Positions 51,272 through 61,612 of a DNA stretch of 62,650 bases are shown in pieces (the stretch's first letter is position 1; each line of letters opens with the position of its first letter). The stretch is from an uncultured Alphaproteobacteria bacterium (GTDB taxonomy: Bacteria > Pseudomonadota > Alphaproteobacteria > Bin95). Location: contig CAXBDI010000005.1 in NCBI GenBank assembly GCA_963974445.1, forward strand, positions 1 through 62,650, in the 5' to 3' direction. The position numbers were made by a program, and so were the translations under genes. A model generated the notes under the pieces. That model saw only the letters and a program-made list of their open reading frames with translations, was not told where the DNA came from and did not search any database.

Positions 51272-51508
51272 CTACTCGGACGTCTCGCCCTGCCTGCGCC
51301 TAACCGCAATGTTGTAGAGAATCGCCATCATCGAAAACATCAGGCCGCCGCCGATGGCGCCAGCGATCAGATAGACGAGCAATTCGCCGTCATCGGCCAC
51401 TCCGGGCGCGTCGAACAGCAGGCTGCGGAAATACAGGATGGCGGGGCCGAGGACGACGCCCCACGACATGACATTGCGGACATTGCAGGGCTTCAGGTTG
51501 GCCAGCAT
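51272..51508 (-). CDS. Small hypothetical membrane protein (2 TM)
   Basis: 78 aa with two hydrophobic stretches; co-oriented 10 bp after the VOC gene. Confidence 0.6.
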   Translation of the reverse strand: MLANLKPCNVRNVMSWGVVLGPAILYFRSLLFDAPGVADDGELLVYLIAGAIGGGLMFSMMAILYNIAVRRRQGETSE

Positions 51509-51518
51509 GTTGGGCAGT

Positions 51519-51943
51519 CTATAACGTCACGCCGGGAACCCACAGATACCCGTCCGCATCCAGGATATAGGCCTCGCGCATGCCGTGCGGCTTGTCCATG
51601 GACCCGGCCAGCACGGTATAGCCGCCGGCTCTTGCCCGCGCCTCCGCCGCGTCGGGGTCCAGGCCCATAACGTGGAGTTCGGCCCCGACGCCGCGCACCT
51701 CAGCACTCGCCAGCGAACCGAAGAGCGGATGATCGCTATAGGTGTGGTCAGCGTGCAGGCACCATTTCGAGCCGTGCGCCTCCAGAGCGGCAAAGTCGGG
51801 ATCTTCGTAGACGATGGTCGCCTGCAACACCTCCCGCGCGAAGGCGGTGGCGTTTGGCATATCCCGCACCAGCAGGTTGACGGTGAGGCCGGTGAGTTCC
51901 TTCGAATACTCACCTGCGGGCTGCCGGTCCGGAGTTTCGTCAC
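51519..51943 (-). pseudogene. VOC/glyoxalase-family gene with an N-terminal frameshift
   Basis: AGGAAG RBS + GTG at 51943 gives MTKLRTGSP; the VOC body (AGEYSKELTGLTVNLLVRDM...HADHTY...DKPHGMREAYILDADGYLW) is in another frame with no proper start upstream of 51869. Confidence 0.65.
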
Positions 51944-51978
51944 AATGTTCTCTTCCTAGTGCTGCAGCCTCTGGGCGC

Positions 51979-52686
51979 TCAATCTGCTATCAGCAGCACA
52001 TCGCCACCAATCTGTTGCTCGCCCCACCCTTCCACCGGACGATAGCCTAGGTCGCGCAAAAAGTCTGTCATGGCCTTGACGCTGTCACCGTGGCGCGCCA
52101 AATGCGCTGGTGATATTTCGAGGAACAGCGCGGGGCGAAACCGGCGCAAAGCTCGCTCAGCACCGACCAGCATACGCAGTTCAGAGCCCTCAATATCCGC
52201 CTTGATAAGGTCCACCCGTGCCAATGCCAACTCGTCTGCCATATCGTCTAGGCGGCGGATGCTAATCGGTTCGACCAGAACCGCTCTCTTCTCTGCACTG
52301 GCGTCGCCGACAAAGCTCAGCCCAAACCCGACACTGCCGGACCGCTTGACCGGCACTATGAGGTTCAAGGTCCGCTCAGCGTCGCCCAATCCACAGGGAT
52401 GGATTGTAACATTGCGCAGGCCACGGAACGCCACAACCCGGCGCAACAACGACAGCGCATAGCTGCCAGGCTCGAAAGTGTGCACCGCGCCATCCGGTAC
52501 CATGGCGGCAAACAGTTTGGAGAACTGTCCACTATGGCCGCCGATATCCAAAACTACGCCATCAGCTGGCAGGAGTGGGCGAAAGAGTGTCCGCATTTCA
52601 CGATGATGTTGTTGCGTGAGTGCCTTCCAAAGGTGCGCAACCCATGTTAGCCGCTGACGGACGGATAGTTCATCAATTATCGCCAT
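51979..52686 (-). CDS. FkbM-family SAM-dependent methyltransferase
   Basis: VLDIGGHSG, TFEPG, LIKADIEGSE, PALFLE; ATG 4 bp after the thrS stop. Confidence 0.9.
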   Translation of the reverse strand: MAIIDELSVRQRLTWVAHLWKALTQQHHREMRTLFRPLLPADGVVLDIGGHSGQFSKLFAAMVPDGAVHTFEPGSYALSLLRRVVAFRGLRNVTIHPCGLGDAERTLNLIVPVKRSGSVGFGLSFVGDASAEKRAVLVEPISIRRLDDMADELALARVDLIKADIEGSELRMLVGAERALRRFRPALFLEISPAHLARHGDSVKAMTDFLRDLGYRPVEGWGEQQIGGDVLLIAD

Positions 52687-52690
52687 CGTC

Positions 52691-54634
52691 CTACTCTTCC
52701 CCGCCCGGCATCGTGCCCTCGGCCACCAGCGCAGCGATAGCGTCGGCGAGTGGCAGCACCTCCTGGTCGCGACCACCCAGGCGGCGGAGCGCGACAGTGC
52801 CCTCCTCCGCCTCGCGCTTGCCGACGACCAGCATGGTCGGGACCTTGGACACAGAGTGCTCGCGCACCTTGAAGTTGATCTTCTCGTTGCGCAGATCGGC
52901 CTCAACCCGCAGGCCGGCTTTCTTGCAGGCCGCCGCGACCTCCGTCGCATATTCGTCGGCATCGCTGGTGATCGTCGCGACCACCGTCTGCACCGGCGCC
53001 AGCCACAGCGGGAAGCGGCCGGCATAGTTCTCGATCAAAATGCCAAGGAAACGCTCGAACGAGCCCAGGATCGCGCGGTGCAGCATCACCGGACGGTGTT
53101 TCTCGCCATCCTCACCGACATAGTTGGCGTCGAGGCGTTCCGGCAGCACAAAGTCCACCTGGAAAGTGCCGCACTGCCATTCGCGGCCGATGGCGTCCTT
53201 CAGCACGAATTCCAGCTTCGGCCCATAGAAGGCACCCTCGCCCGGGTTCATGGTGAAGGGCAGGCCCACCGTCTTAATCGCCTGAAGCAACGCGCCTTCC
53301 GCCTTGTCCCAAGTCTCATCGGAGCCGGCGCGGATGTCCGGGCGGTCGGAGAACTTCACGGCCACTTCGTCGAAGCCGAAATCCTTGTAGACCGACAGCA
53401 GCAACTCGCAGAACGTGCGGGTTTCCTCGGGGATCTGATCCTCGGTCGAGAAGATATGCGCGTCGTCCTGTGTGAACGCCCGCACCCGCATGATGCCGTG
53501 CATCGCGCCGGAGGGCTCGTTGCGATGGCAGGAGCCGAATTCCGCCATGCGCAGCGGCAGATCGCGGAAACTCTTGATGCCTTGGTTGAAGATCTGCACG
53601 TGGCCGGGGCAGTTCATCGGCTTGACCGCCAAAGTGCGCGACTCGTCGGCCTCGGCGATGAACATCGCCTCGCGGAACTTCTCCCAATGGCCGGAGCGTT
53701 CCCACAGCACGCGGTCGATCAATTGCGGCGTCTTCACCTCGACATATCCGCCCGCCTCCAGCCGCCGGCGCATGTATTCTTCGCACAGGCGATAGACGGT
53801 CCAGCCCTTCGGGTGCCAGAAGATGCTGCCGACCGCCTCCTGCTGCAGATGGAACAGGTCCATCTCGCGCCCCAGGCGGCGGTGGTCGCGCTTGGCGGCC
53901 TCCTCCAACTGAGTGAGGTGCGCCTTCAACTCCTTGTCATTGCGCCAGGCGGTGCCGTAGATGCGTTGCAATTGCTCGCGGTTCGAATCGCCACGCCAAT
54001 AGGCGCCGGCCAGCCGTTGCAGCTTGAATGCCGTGCCAACATGGCCGGTGGAGGGCAGATGCGGGCCGCGGCACAGGTCGTGCCATTTGCCCTGGCGGTA
54101 GATCGAGATCGTTTCGCTCTCCGGCAAATCGCGGATCAGTTCGGCCTTGAACGCCTCGCCCATGGCTTCGAAGTGCCTGATCGCCTCGTCACGATCCCAT
54201 TCCTCGCGCACGAACGGTTCGTTGCGGGCGATGATCTGGCGCATCTTCGCCTCGATGGTCTCCAGGTCGTCCGGCGTGAACGGCTCGTCGCGGGCGAAGT
54301 CGTAGTAGAAGCCGTTCTCAATCGACGGCCCGATGGTGACCTGCGTGCCGGGGAAGAGCTCCTGCACCGCCTCCGCCATCACGTGCGCTGCGTCGTGGCG
54401 GATCAACTCCAAAGCCGCCTCGTCATCGCGGGAGAGAATGGCGACTTCGGCGTCCTGATTGATCGGCGTCGACAGATCGCGAACCTGACCGTCGATGCGG
54501 GCGGCAATGGCGCGCTTGGCCAGCGACTTGGAGATGCTCTCGGCAATGTCGGTCACGGTCGTACCGGTCGCATAGGTGCGCGTCGCGCCGTCGGGCAACG
54601 TGATGGTGACCTCTGCGATTTGGGTATCCGGCAT
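52691..54634 (-). CDS. thrS: Threonine-tRNA ligase
   Basis: TGS domain, [56 protein letters not shown]. Confidence 0.98.
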   Translation of the reverse strand: MPDTQIAEVTITLPDGATRTYATGTTVTDIAESISKSLAKRAIAARIDGQVRDLSTPINQDAEVAILSRDDEAALELIRHDAAHVMAEAVQELFPGTQVTIGPSIENGFYYDFARDEPFTPDDLETIEAKMRQIIARNEPFVREEWDRDEAIRHFEAMGEAFKAELIRDLPESETISIYRQGKWHDLCRGPHLPSTGHVGTAFKLQRLAGAYWRGDSNREQLQRIYGTAWRNDKELKAHLTQLEEAAKRDHRRLGREMDLFHLQQEAVGSIFWHPKGWTVYRLCEEYMRRRLEAGGYVEVKTPQLIDRVLWERSGHWEKFREAMFIAEADESRTLAVKPMNCPGHVQIFNQGIKSFRDLPLRMAEFGSCHRNEPSGAMHGIMRVRAFTQDDAHIFSTEDQIPEETRTFCELLLSVYKDFGFDEVAVKFSDRPDIRAGSDETWDKAEGALLQAIKTVGLPFTMNPGEGAFYGPKLEFVLKDAIGREWQCGTFQVDFVLPERLDANYVGEDGEKHRPVMLHRAILGSFERFLGILIENYAGRFPLWLAPVQTVVATITSDADEYATEVAAACKKAGLRVEADLRNEKINFKVREHSVSKVPTMLVVGKREAEEGTVALRRLGGRDQEVLPLADAIAALVAEGTMPGGEE

Positions 54635-54697
54635 AGCTGTAGCTCCAGTTCAACTCCGCTGCTCAAAAATCAGCCAGCGTAACTTGCTGCACTGCAC

Positions 54698-55657
54698 CTA
54701 AAGGGGCAAGGGGTTCGGCGCGCGCAGGATGTCGCTTGCTGCTTGCCATACGGTTTCGACAGGCAGATCGGCCAGATCGGCGGCTTCCAGAATAACCGGC
54801 TCCGGATGACCCGCATGCGCTCGCGGGCGGGAGCGGGACGGCCTGGAATCCGGTCCGAACATTACAATGCAGGGCCGCCCGACCAGGCTGGCGATGTGCA
54901 TCGGACCGGTGTCGTTGCCGACGACCAGACGCGCGCCTCGCATCACCGACGCCAGATCAAGCAGGCTGGTTTGGCCGACGACATTACGCGCAGCCGGGCA
55001 GGCCTCGGCGATCAGACGCGCCGGCCCTGCCTCGGGCGGACCGCCGACAATGACCGGGGTGAGCCCTTGCCCAACTAAGCGCTGGGCCAAGTCCGCGAAA
55101 TGTTGCGCCGGCCAGCGCTTCTCCGGCCGATGCGCCGCACCGCCCGGCAGAAGCACAGCGTAATCCTGCGGCAACTGCAAAGCAGACACGTCGCTCCGCC
55201 AGCAGGAAAGGTCGGACAGCGGCATCGGCGCAATTCCAGCGGCCGCCAACTGCCCGGCCTGCGCCTCTACCGTGTGCAGGGTGTTACGAACCGGGTTCAA
55301 GTCGCGATGGGAGCATCTGGCGACAATGCCCGACCATTCCGGCCTGCGCCCTGGCCCGAGCAGGTTGAAATACCAACCGGTGCGGCGTGAGGTTTGCAGG
55401 TCGTACACCCGGTCGAACCCGGCACCGCGCAGCCGCCGGCGCAAGGCCAGCACTTCACCAAGGCGCCAAAGTTTCGGCCTGTCGTCCAGCCATATATGCT
55501 GAAACAGGCCCGTAGCCTTTGCCAGATCGGCAAAGCCCTTGGTGGTCAGCAGCGTGAGTTCGGCATCCGGATGCGCAGTGCGGATCGCCTGCATCGGCCC
55601 CAGCGCCAGGACGAAATCGCCCAACGCCGAAAGCTTGATCACCAAGATCCGCTCCAA
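54698..55657 (-). CDS. Glycosyltransferase family 9 (heptosyltransferase-like)
   Basis: ILVIKLSALGD, VYDLQ, KRWP, GNDTGPMHIA. Confidence 0.92.
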   Translation of the reverse strand: MERILVIKLSALGDFVLALGPMQAIRTAHPDAELTLLTTKGFADLAKATGLFQHIWLDDRPKLWRLGEVLALRRRLRGAGFDRVYDLQTSRRTGWYFNLLGPGRRPEWSGIVARCSHRDLNPVRNTLHTVEAQAGQLAAAGIAPMPLSDLSCWRSDVSALQLPQDYAVLLPGGAAHRPEKRWPAQHFADLAQRLVGQGLTPVIVGGPPEAGPARLIAEACPAARNVVGQTSLLDLASVMRGARLVVGNDTGPMHIASLVGRPCIVMFGPDSRPSRSRPRAHAGHPEPVILEAADLADLPVETVWQAASDILRAPNPLPL

Positions 55658-55684
55658 AACCTCGCTCCTGCCAGAATGCCGGTG

Positions 55685-56884
55685 TCAGGCGGGTTTGGAC
55701 AGCAATTCGCGGTAAACCTCAAGCGTGCGCTGGCACATCAGTTCACTGGAGAACAGCCGCCGGGCGCGATAGGTCGCTTTGACGGCCAGGGTGTCCCGTT
55801 CCTTCGGCGACATGGAAAAGACCTTGGCCAGCGCTTCGGCCATCGGACCTGGCTTGCCGGGTGGCACCAGCCAGCCGGTCTCGCCATCCACCACGATTTC
55901 CCCCGCCGGGCCGTGAGCAGCGGCAACGACCGGTTTGCCCATCGCCGCGGCTTCGGCCATGGTGCGGCCAAAGCCCTCCGGCTCGATCGAGGCGGAAACG
56001 ACGACATCGGCCATATGAATCGCCGCCGGAACGTCGTCGCAGTGCGAGGCAAATACCAAATGGCGCGGGTGTAAGCGCAGCGATTGCGCATATTGCTGCA
56101 ACTCGCGGCGATACTCGCCCTTGCCGTCGTCGGCGCCCACCATAACGCAAACCAGATTCGGCAGATGGCGCGAGCGCAACAGATTGGCGACGGCGCCGAT
56201 CAGGACCGCGTGCCCCTTCAAACGGGTCAACCGCGCCGGCATCAGGACGACGCGCGATTCTTCATTGAGACCCCATTGCTTCGTCAATTGGATCAGGCGA
56301 CCGCTGCCGATGGCTTCAGGATTGAACGCATTCAAATCGGTGCCTCGGTGGATCACTCGCACAACGCCCGCGGGCGTGTCGTAGCGCTGGCGGATGAGGG
56401 CGGCGATATAGTGCGAGATTGCGATGACGCGGTCGCCGCTGGCCATGACGCTGTTGTAGCGCCGCTTGAGCGGCCCATTCTCGTTGTAGGCTGCGTGATA
56501 GGTGGTGACGAAAGGCGTGCCGGTTTCGGCGGCGGCGCGCTTTGCCGACCAGGCCGGCGCACGGCTGCGGGCATGAACCAGCGACACCCTCTCGCGGCGG
56601 ATCAGGTCGGCCAGCTTGCCGCCATTGGCGCGGATGGTCAGCGGGTTCTTGCTGGCGAGGTTGAGGTCAATGTGTTCGCCGCCCAATCGCTGCAACCGCT
56701 CGACATTCGGCCCATGCTCGCACGCGACCAGGGCACGGCCGCCGGCAGCGATGATTGCGCCGGCGATTTGCAGCGTGCCGCGCTCGACGCCGCCATGGCC
56801 CAGGGCTGGCAGCACCTGCAAAATCGTCGTACCGCGCGGCAGGGCTTGCGTCGGCACGGAACCCGAGGCAATGCTAGCCTGCAT
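55685..56884 (-). CDS. Glycosyltransferase family 4
   Basis: LQVLPAL..GGVERG, HARSRAPAWS, RLTRLKG, EPEGFGR..AEA; start approximate. Confidence 0.9.
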   Translation of the reverse strand: MQASIASGSVPTQALPRGTTILQVLPALGHGGVERGTLQIAGAIIAAGGRALVACEHGPNVERLQRLGGEHIDLNLASKNPLTIRANGGKLADLIRRERVSLVHARSRAPAWSAKRAAAETGTPFVTTYHAAYNENGPLKRRYNSVMASGDRVIAISHYIAALIRQRYDTPAGVVRVIHRGTDLNAFNPEAIGSGRLIQLTKQWGLNEESRVVLMPARLTRLKGHAVLIGAVANLLRSRHLPNLVCVMVGADDGKGEYRRELQQYAQSLRLHPRHLVFASHCDDVPAAIHMADVVVSASIEPEGFGRTMAEAAAMGKPVVAAAHGPAGEIVVDGETGWLVPPGKPGPMAEALAKVFSMSPKERDTLAVKATYRARRLFSSELMCQRTLEVYRELLSKPA

Positions 56885-56913
56885 CAGATCGTTCCCGACC
56901 GACGGAGCCTGGC

Positions 56914-57702
56914 ATGGCTGACCGGCCCGCTTTCCTCGACTGCGACGGCATCGCCATCGCATACCACCACATACCGGCGCGCGGCACAGGCGCACGGCTG
57001 CCGGGGGTCGTATTCCTGGGTGGGTTCATGTCGGACATGGAGGGTGGCAAGGCACTTCATCTGGAGGCTGCGTGTCGGGCTCGCGGCCAACAGTATACCC
57101 GGCTGGACTATCGTGGCCACGGTCAATCCGGCGGCGTTTTCGCCGAGGCATGCATCTCCGACTGGGCCAGCGACGCCCGGGCCGTCATCGAGGCGGCGAC
57201 GCGCGGGCCGCAGGTGCTGGTCGGCTCCTCCATGGGCGGCTGGATCATGCTGCTGCTGGCACGGCAAATGCCGGCGCGCGTGTGCGGCCTGGCCGGCATT
57301 GCGCCCGCACCGGATTTCGTGCTGCGGATGGAGGCGGAACTGTCGCCGGAGCAGCGCGCAGACCTGGACTCCCAAGGTTATACCTCCCGCCCGACGCCCT
57401 ATTCCGACGATCCCTATATCATCTCGAAGCGCCTGATCGACGATGGCAAGCTGAACCTGGTATTGACCGGCGGGCACCCGTTCACCGGCCCGGTGCGCAT
57501 ACTGCATGGAATGGAGGACGATGCCGTGCCCTGGCAAGGCTCGCTCGACCTGATGGAGCGGCTGGCAAGCGCCGACGTGCGCGTCACCTACGTCAAAGGC
57601 GGCGATCACCGTCTGTCGGAGCCAGATCAACTGGCGCTGCTGGATGCGGCGGTCTGCGAAGTCTGTACCATTGCGATCACCACCGAACACAAAGAAGGCT
57701 GA
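56914..57702 (+). CDS. Alpha/beta hydrolase (ABHD10-like)
   Basis: FLGGFMSDMEGGKA, DYRGHG, GSSMGG, HGMEDD, GDHRLS. Confidence 0.9.
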   Translation: MADRPAFLDCDGIAIAYHHIPARGTGARLPGVVFLGGFMSDMEGGKALHLEAACRARGQQYTRLDYRGHGQSGGVFAEACISDWASDARAVIEAATRGPQVLVGSSMGGWIMLLLARQMPARVCGLAGIAPAPDFVLRMEAELSPEQRADLDSQGYTSRPTPYSDDPYIISKRLIDDGKLNLVLTGGHPFTGPVRILHGMEDDAVPWQGSLDLMERLASADVRVTYVKGGDHRLSEPDQLALLDAAVCEVCTIAITTEHKEG

Positions 57703-57706
57703 GGCG

Positions 57707-59080
57707 ATGACGAGCTTTTTGGAAGACGACGCGGGCGGCGCCATTCCGCTGCACCTGCTGGAGGCGAGCGAGTGGGACACCTGGATCGCCAACCGGCCTG
57801 AGGCGGAGCGCCACTGGGCGGAGGCCATGGGCTTCAAGGCCAAAGCCGGCAGCCTTTGCCTGATCCCCGGCGGCGCCGGCCAAATCGCCGCCGCATTGGC
57901 GGGCATGGGCGACGAGGAGCCGTTATGGGCCGCCGGTGGCCTGACGCCCAAGCTGCCGGCCGGCACATACGCGCTCGCCGATTTGTGGGACGAGAGCCAG
58001 GCGACGGACATTGCCGTCGGCTTTGCGCTCGGCGGCTATCGGTTCGACCGCTATAAGGAGAAGAAGGCACCGGCGGCGCGCCTCGCCTGGCCGATGGCGG
58101 CGGACCGCGGCGTGGCGGAGGCGATTGCCGCGGGCATCTGCCTCGCCCGCGACCTGATCAACACCCCCGCCAACGACCTGGGGCCGGAGGAATTGTGCGC
58201 GGCGGTCAAGGCGTTGGGCGACCAGTTCGGCGCAGACGTGACGGAGATCGTCGGCGACGATTTGTTGGCCCAGAACTACCCGACCATCCACATGGTCGGA
58301 CGCGCGGCGACGCGGGTGCCGCGGCTCGCCGATTTACGCTGGGGCGATCCGAAAGCGCCGAAGGTGACTTTGGTCGGCAAGGGCGTCTGCTTCGATTCCG
58401 GCGGCCTCGACCTGAAACCCGCTTCGGGCATGCTGCGGATGAAGAAGGATATGGGCGGCGCCGCCAACGTGCTCGCCCTCGCCCACATGATCATGGCGAC
58501 GGACCTGCCCGTGCGCCTGCGCGTGCTGATCCCGGCGGTGGAGAACGCCGTCAGCGGCAACGCCATGCGCCCGCTAGACGTGGTCAAGACCCGCAAGGGC
58601 CTGACGGTCGAGGTCGGCAACACCGACGCGGAAGGCCGGTTGGTCCTCTGCGATGCCCTGGCCGAAGCCGACAGCGAGAACCCGGAAATCCTGCTGGATT
58701 GCGCGACCCTGACCGGTGCGGCGCGGGTCGCGCTCGGCACCGACATGCCGGCCCTGTTCTGCAACGACGACGGCCTCGCCGCGGAACTGCTGAGCGCCGC
58801 CGAGCAGGCGATGGACCCGCTATGGCGGATGCCCCTGCATCAGCCGTATAAAAAGATGCTGGAAAGCGATGTCGCCGATCTCAACAACGTCTCAGAAGGC
58901 GGCTTCGGCGGCGCAATCACGGCGGCCCTCTATATGGAGCACTTCGTCAGCGACGGCACACCCTGGGCGCATCTGGATATGATGGCCTGGAACAACACCG
59001 CCAAGCCCGGCCGCCCGAAAGGCGGCGAGGTGCAGGGGATGCGCGGCGTGTTCCAGATGCTGCGAAAGAGGTATGCTTAA
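57707..59080 (+). CDS. Leucyl aminopeptidase family (M17, PepB-like)
   Basis: LVGKGVCFDSGG, MKKDMGG, NTDAEGRL, ATLTGA, WAHLD. Confidence 0.94.
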   Translation: MTSFLEDDAGGAIPLHLLEASEWDTWIANRPEAERHWAEAMGFKAKAGSLCLIPGGAGQIAAALAGMGDEEPLWAAGGLTPKLPAGTYALADLWDESQATDIAVGFALGGYRFDRYKEKKAPAARLAWPMAADRGVAEAIAAGICLARDLINTPANDLGPEELCAAVKALGDQFGADVTEIVGDDLLAQNYPTIHMVGRAATRVPRLADLRWGDPKAPKVTLVGKGVCFDSGGLDLKPASGMLRMKKDMGGAANVLALAHMIMATDLPVRLRVLIPAVENAVSGNAMRPLDVVKTRKGLTVEVGNTDAEGRLVLCDALAEADSENPEILLDCATLTGAARVALGTDMPALFCNDDGLAAELLSAAEQAMDPLWRMPLHQPYKKMLESDVADLNNVSEGGFGGAITAALYMEHFVSDGTPWAHLDMMAWNNTAKPGRPKGGEVQGMRGVFQMLRKRYA

Positions 59081-59236
59081 GCACCTCCACCGTTGCGCCC
59101 TCGGATTGCCATGGTTTGACGCGATGTTCTTTTCTGTCCCTCCCAACGGTTGTAGGCTGAAGGGAGCGGTCGGTGCTTGGCTGCTTCGAAGTTCCCGAAC
59201 GGGAACTGAAAAAATGAAACAACGGAGGAAATCCTG

Positions 59237-60199
59237 ATGAAACACCTAGCAAAAACGATAGGGCCGGCTGTGATAGCAGGCTGCTTCGCGCTGGCCTCCA
59301 GCGCGGCATGGTCGGCGGAATGCACCCCGTCCAAGTACGGCAAGGACGACGAGATCGGCGCCGCCAACATGATCACGCCGGCCAGCGTTTTGGCCGCGTC
59401 GAAGCTGATTGTGAAGGGTGAGAGGCATCCGCTCGGCATCGTGGTCGATCCCAATATGCCGGCGTTTCCGCCGCGCGGGATGATGTTGCAGGTCGTGCAA
59501 CCGAACCAACAGTTCGGTCGGACCCTGGAGAAAGATTTCGGTTGGGACAGTTCCTATAACGACGACGTCGTGCAGACGTGGCTGGGCATTGGGCCGCAAA
59601 TCGACGGCCTCGGCCATTTGGGCCAGGCTGGCGAATTCTACAACTGCAACAAAGGTCAGGACTTCTCCGCGCTCACCGGCCTGAAGAAACTGGGCATTCA
59701 CACCATACCTCCGCTCGTTGCCCGTGGCGTGCTGGTGAATATGGCTAAGCACTTCGGTGTCGAGACGATGAAAGCTGGCCAGGGTATCGGCAGCGACGAC
59801 ATCAAGGCAGCGGCCAAGGCACAGGGCGTGACCTTCAAGCCAGGCGATGTCATCCTGCTGCACACTGGCTGGACCGATGGCACGCTGGAAAGCGACCCGA
59901 AAGCCTGGGTCGCCGGCGAGCCGGGACTCAGCAACGAGGCCGCCGAATACCTCGCCAGCATGAACCCGGTCGCGGTTGGCGCCGATACCTGGGGCGTCGA
60001 AGCGGTGCCGCCGGTCGAAGGCGACAAGGTCTTCTACGGCCACGTCACCTTCCTGAAGAAGAACGGCATCTACATCCTGGAGACGATGAACACCGGCCGT
60101 CTCGCCGAAGAGGGCGTGAACGAGTTCATGTTCGTGCTGGGTCAGGCCCGCCTGAAGGGTGCGGTGCAGATGATCATCAACCCGGTGGCAATGTGGTAG
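59237..60199 (+). CDS. Cyclase (kynurenine formamidase-like) family protein with signal peptide
   Basis: GGAGG RBS; Sec signal ending AWS-A; GKDDEIGAAN, QIDGLGH, GDVILLHTGW, GADTWGVE, GIYILE. Confidence 0.87.
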   Translation: MKHLAKTIGPAVIAGCFALASSAAWSAECTPSKYGKDDEIGAANMITPASVLAASKLIVKGERHPLGIVVDPNMPAFPPRGMMLQVVQPNQQFGRTLEKDFGWDSSYNDDVVQTWLGIGPQIDGLGHLGQAGEFYNCNKGQDFSALTGLKKLGIHTIPPLVARGVLVNMAKHFGVETMKAGQGIGSDDIKAAAKAQGVTFKPGDVILLHTGWTDGTLESDPKAWVAGEPGLSNEAAEYLASMNPVAVGADTWGVEAVPPVEGDKVFYGHVTFLKKNGIYILETMNTGRLAEEGVNEFMFVLGQARLKGAVQMIINPVAMW

Positions 60200-60216
60200 G
60201 CAACTAACGGCCCCTG

Positions 60217-60345
60217 TCAGCCCGCGCGGTCACCATCCAGATCGCGCGGGCGCAGGATCATGAAGGCGACGCGGCCCACCAAAACCGCCACCATAGCCCA
60301 GCATGGAATGCACGGCGAGCGTGGCGTCGCGCCGAGGCGGCTGGG
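60217..60345 (-). pseudogene. Possible MFS transporter remnant
   Basis: RRDATLAVHSMLGYGGGFGGP resembles MFS TM10-11; a frame change then gives VAFMILRPRDLDGDRAG*, resembling a transporter C-terminus. Confidence 0.45.
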
Positions 60346-60478
60346 GGACATAGGGCGGAACCCTGTTCGCCGGTAGAGCAAGCTTGACACTGTAGAGGCA
60401 CGGGCTTGGCTTGTCCTGCGCGCCTGCTACGCTAAACTCATTGGCCAATTGAACCGATATGGAACACTCTCACCGCCC

Positions 60479-61612
60479 ATGTCCCAACCGCTCACCGACC
60501 TCCTCGTCATCAGCCTGGAGCAGGCTGTCGCCGCCCCGCACCTCACCTGCCGCATGGCCGATGCGGGCGCGCGGGTGATCAAACTGGAGCGGGCCGACGG
60601 CACCGGCGATTTCGCCCGCGGCTATGACCAGCACGCACACGGCATGTCCAGCTATTTCGTCTGGCTGAACCGGGGCAAGGAATCGCTCGCCATCGACATC
60701 AAGAACCTGGACGACGTGGCGCTGCTGCACCGGCTGCTGGCCAAGGCCGATGTCTGGGTGCAGAACCTGGCGCCCGGCGCGATGGAGCGGGCGGGGCTTG
60801 GCTCCGCCACTCTGCGCGAGCAATACCCGCGGCTGATTACCGTCGATATCTCTGGCTATGGCGACGCCGGCCCGCCCTATGACGAGATGAAGGCCTATGA
60901 CCTGCTGGTGCAGGCGGAAAGCGGCCTGACCTCGATCACCGGATCGCCGGAGGAGCCGGGCCGCGTCGGCGTCTCGATCTGCGACCTGACCACCGGTCTC
61001 AACGCCTATACCGCCGTGCTGGAAGCTTTGATCGAGCGGGGCATCACCGGCAAAGGCTCCGGTGTGAAGGCCTCGCTGTTCGCCTCCATGGCCGATTGGC
61101 TGGCCTCGCCGCTGATGGCTTACGAGCAGTCGGATGTGATCTGGCCGCGCAACGCGCTGCGCCATCCGTTGATGTGCCCCTATGGCGCCTTCTCCTCAAA
61201 CGACGGCTCGCGGACCCTGGTGGCGTGCCAGGCCGAGCGCGAATGGCATCGGTTCTGTGAGCATGTGCTGCGGGACAAAGACTTCGCCCTGCATCCCAAG
61301 GCCGCGACCAACATCATCCGCGTCGAGAACCGGGCATTTGTCGAGGGCAAGATCGAGGCCGTCACCAGCCAGATCAGTCGCGACGAGTTTCACGCCCGCT
61401 TGCGCAAGGCCGACATCGCGTTCGGCGCGGTCAACACCATGCCGGAGCTTTCGGTGCACGGCGCGCTGCGGCGCATCACGGTCGGCACCCCGAACGGCGA
61501 CATCTCTCACCCCGCGCCGCCTGTCATTCGCGGCGAGGCGCGCGACGATTACGGGCCAGCGCCGGCCTATAACGAACACGGACTCAAAATTCGCGAGGAG
61601 TTTTCCGCATGA
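60479..61612 (+). CDS. CaiB/BaiF family III CoA-transferase
   Basis: SLEQAVAAP, GARVIKLER, GDFARGYD, WLNRGKES, QNLAPG, AYDLLVQAESG. Confidence 0.93.
   Translation: MSQPLTDLLVISLEQAVAAPHLTCRMADAGARVIKLERADGTGDFARGYDQHAHGMSSYFVWLNRGKESLAIDIKNLDDVALLHRLLAKADVWVQNLAPGAMERAGLGSATLREQYPRLITVDISGYGDAGPPYDEMKAYDLLVQAESGLTSITGSPEEPGRVGVSICDLTTGLNAYTAVLEALIERGITGKGSGVKASLFASMADWLASPLMAYEQSDVIWPRNALRHPLMCPYGAFSSNDGSRTLVACQAEREWHRFCEHVLRDKDFALHPKAATNIIRVENRAFVEGKIEAVTSQISRDEFHARLRKADIAFGAVNTMPELSVHGALRRITVGTPNGDISHPAPPVIRGEARDDYGPAPAYNEHGLKIREEFSA

Noticed and set aside
52856-54682. 608-aa plus-strand ORF antisense to thrS (likewise 33906..35948, 13681..15051, 31195..32706 and many others)
   Set aside because: Shadow ORFs expected from high-GC codon bias; they have no recognisable motifs and lie opposite well-supported genes.
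59190-59214. Hairpin AGTTCCCG-AA-CGGGAACT followed by an A-run
   Set aside because: The tract is on the wrong side for an intrinsic terminator on either strand; at most a 5'-UTR stem of the cyclase gene.
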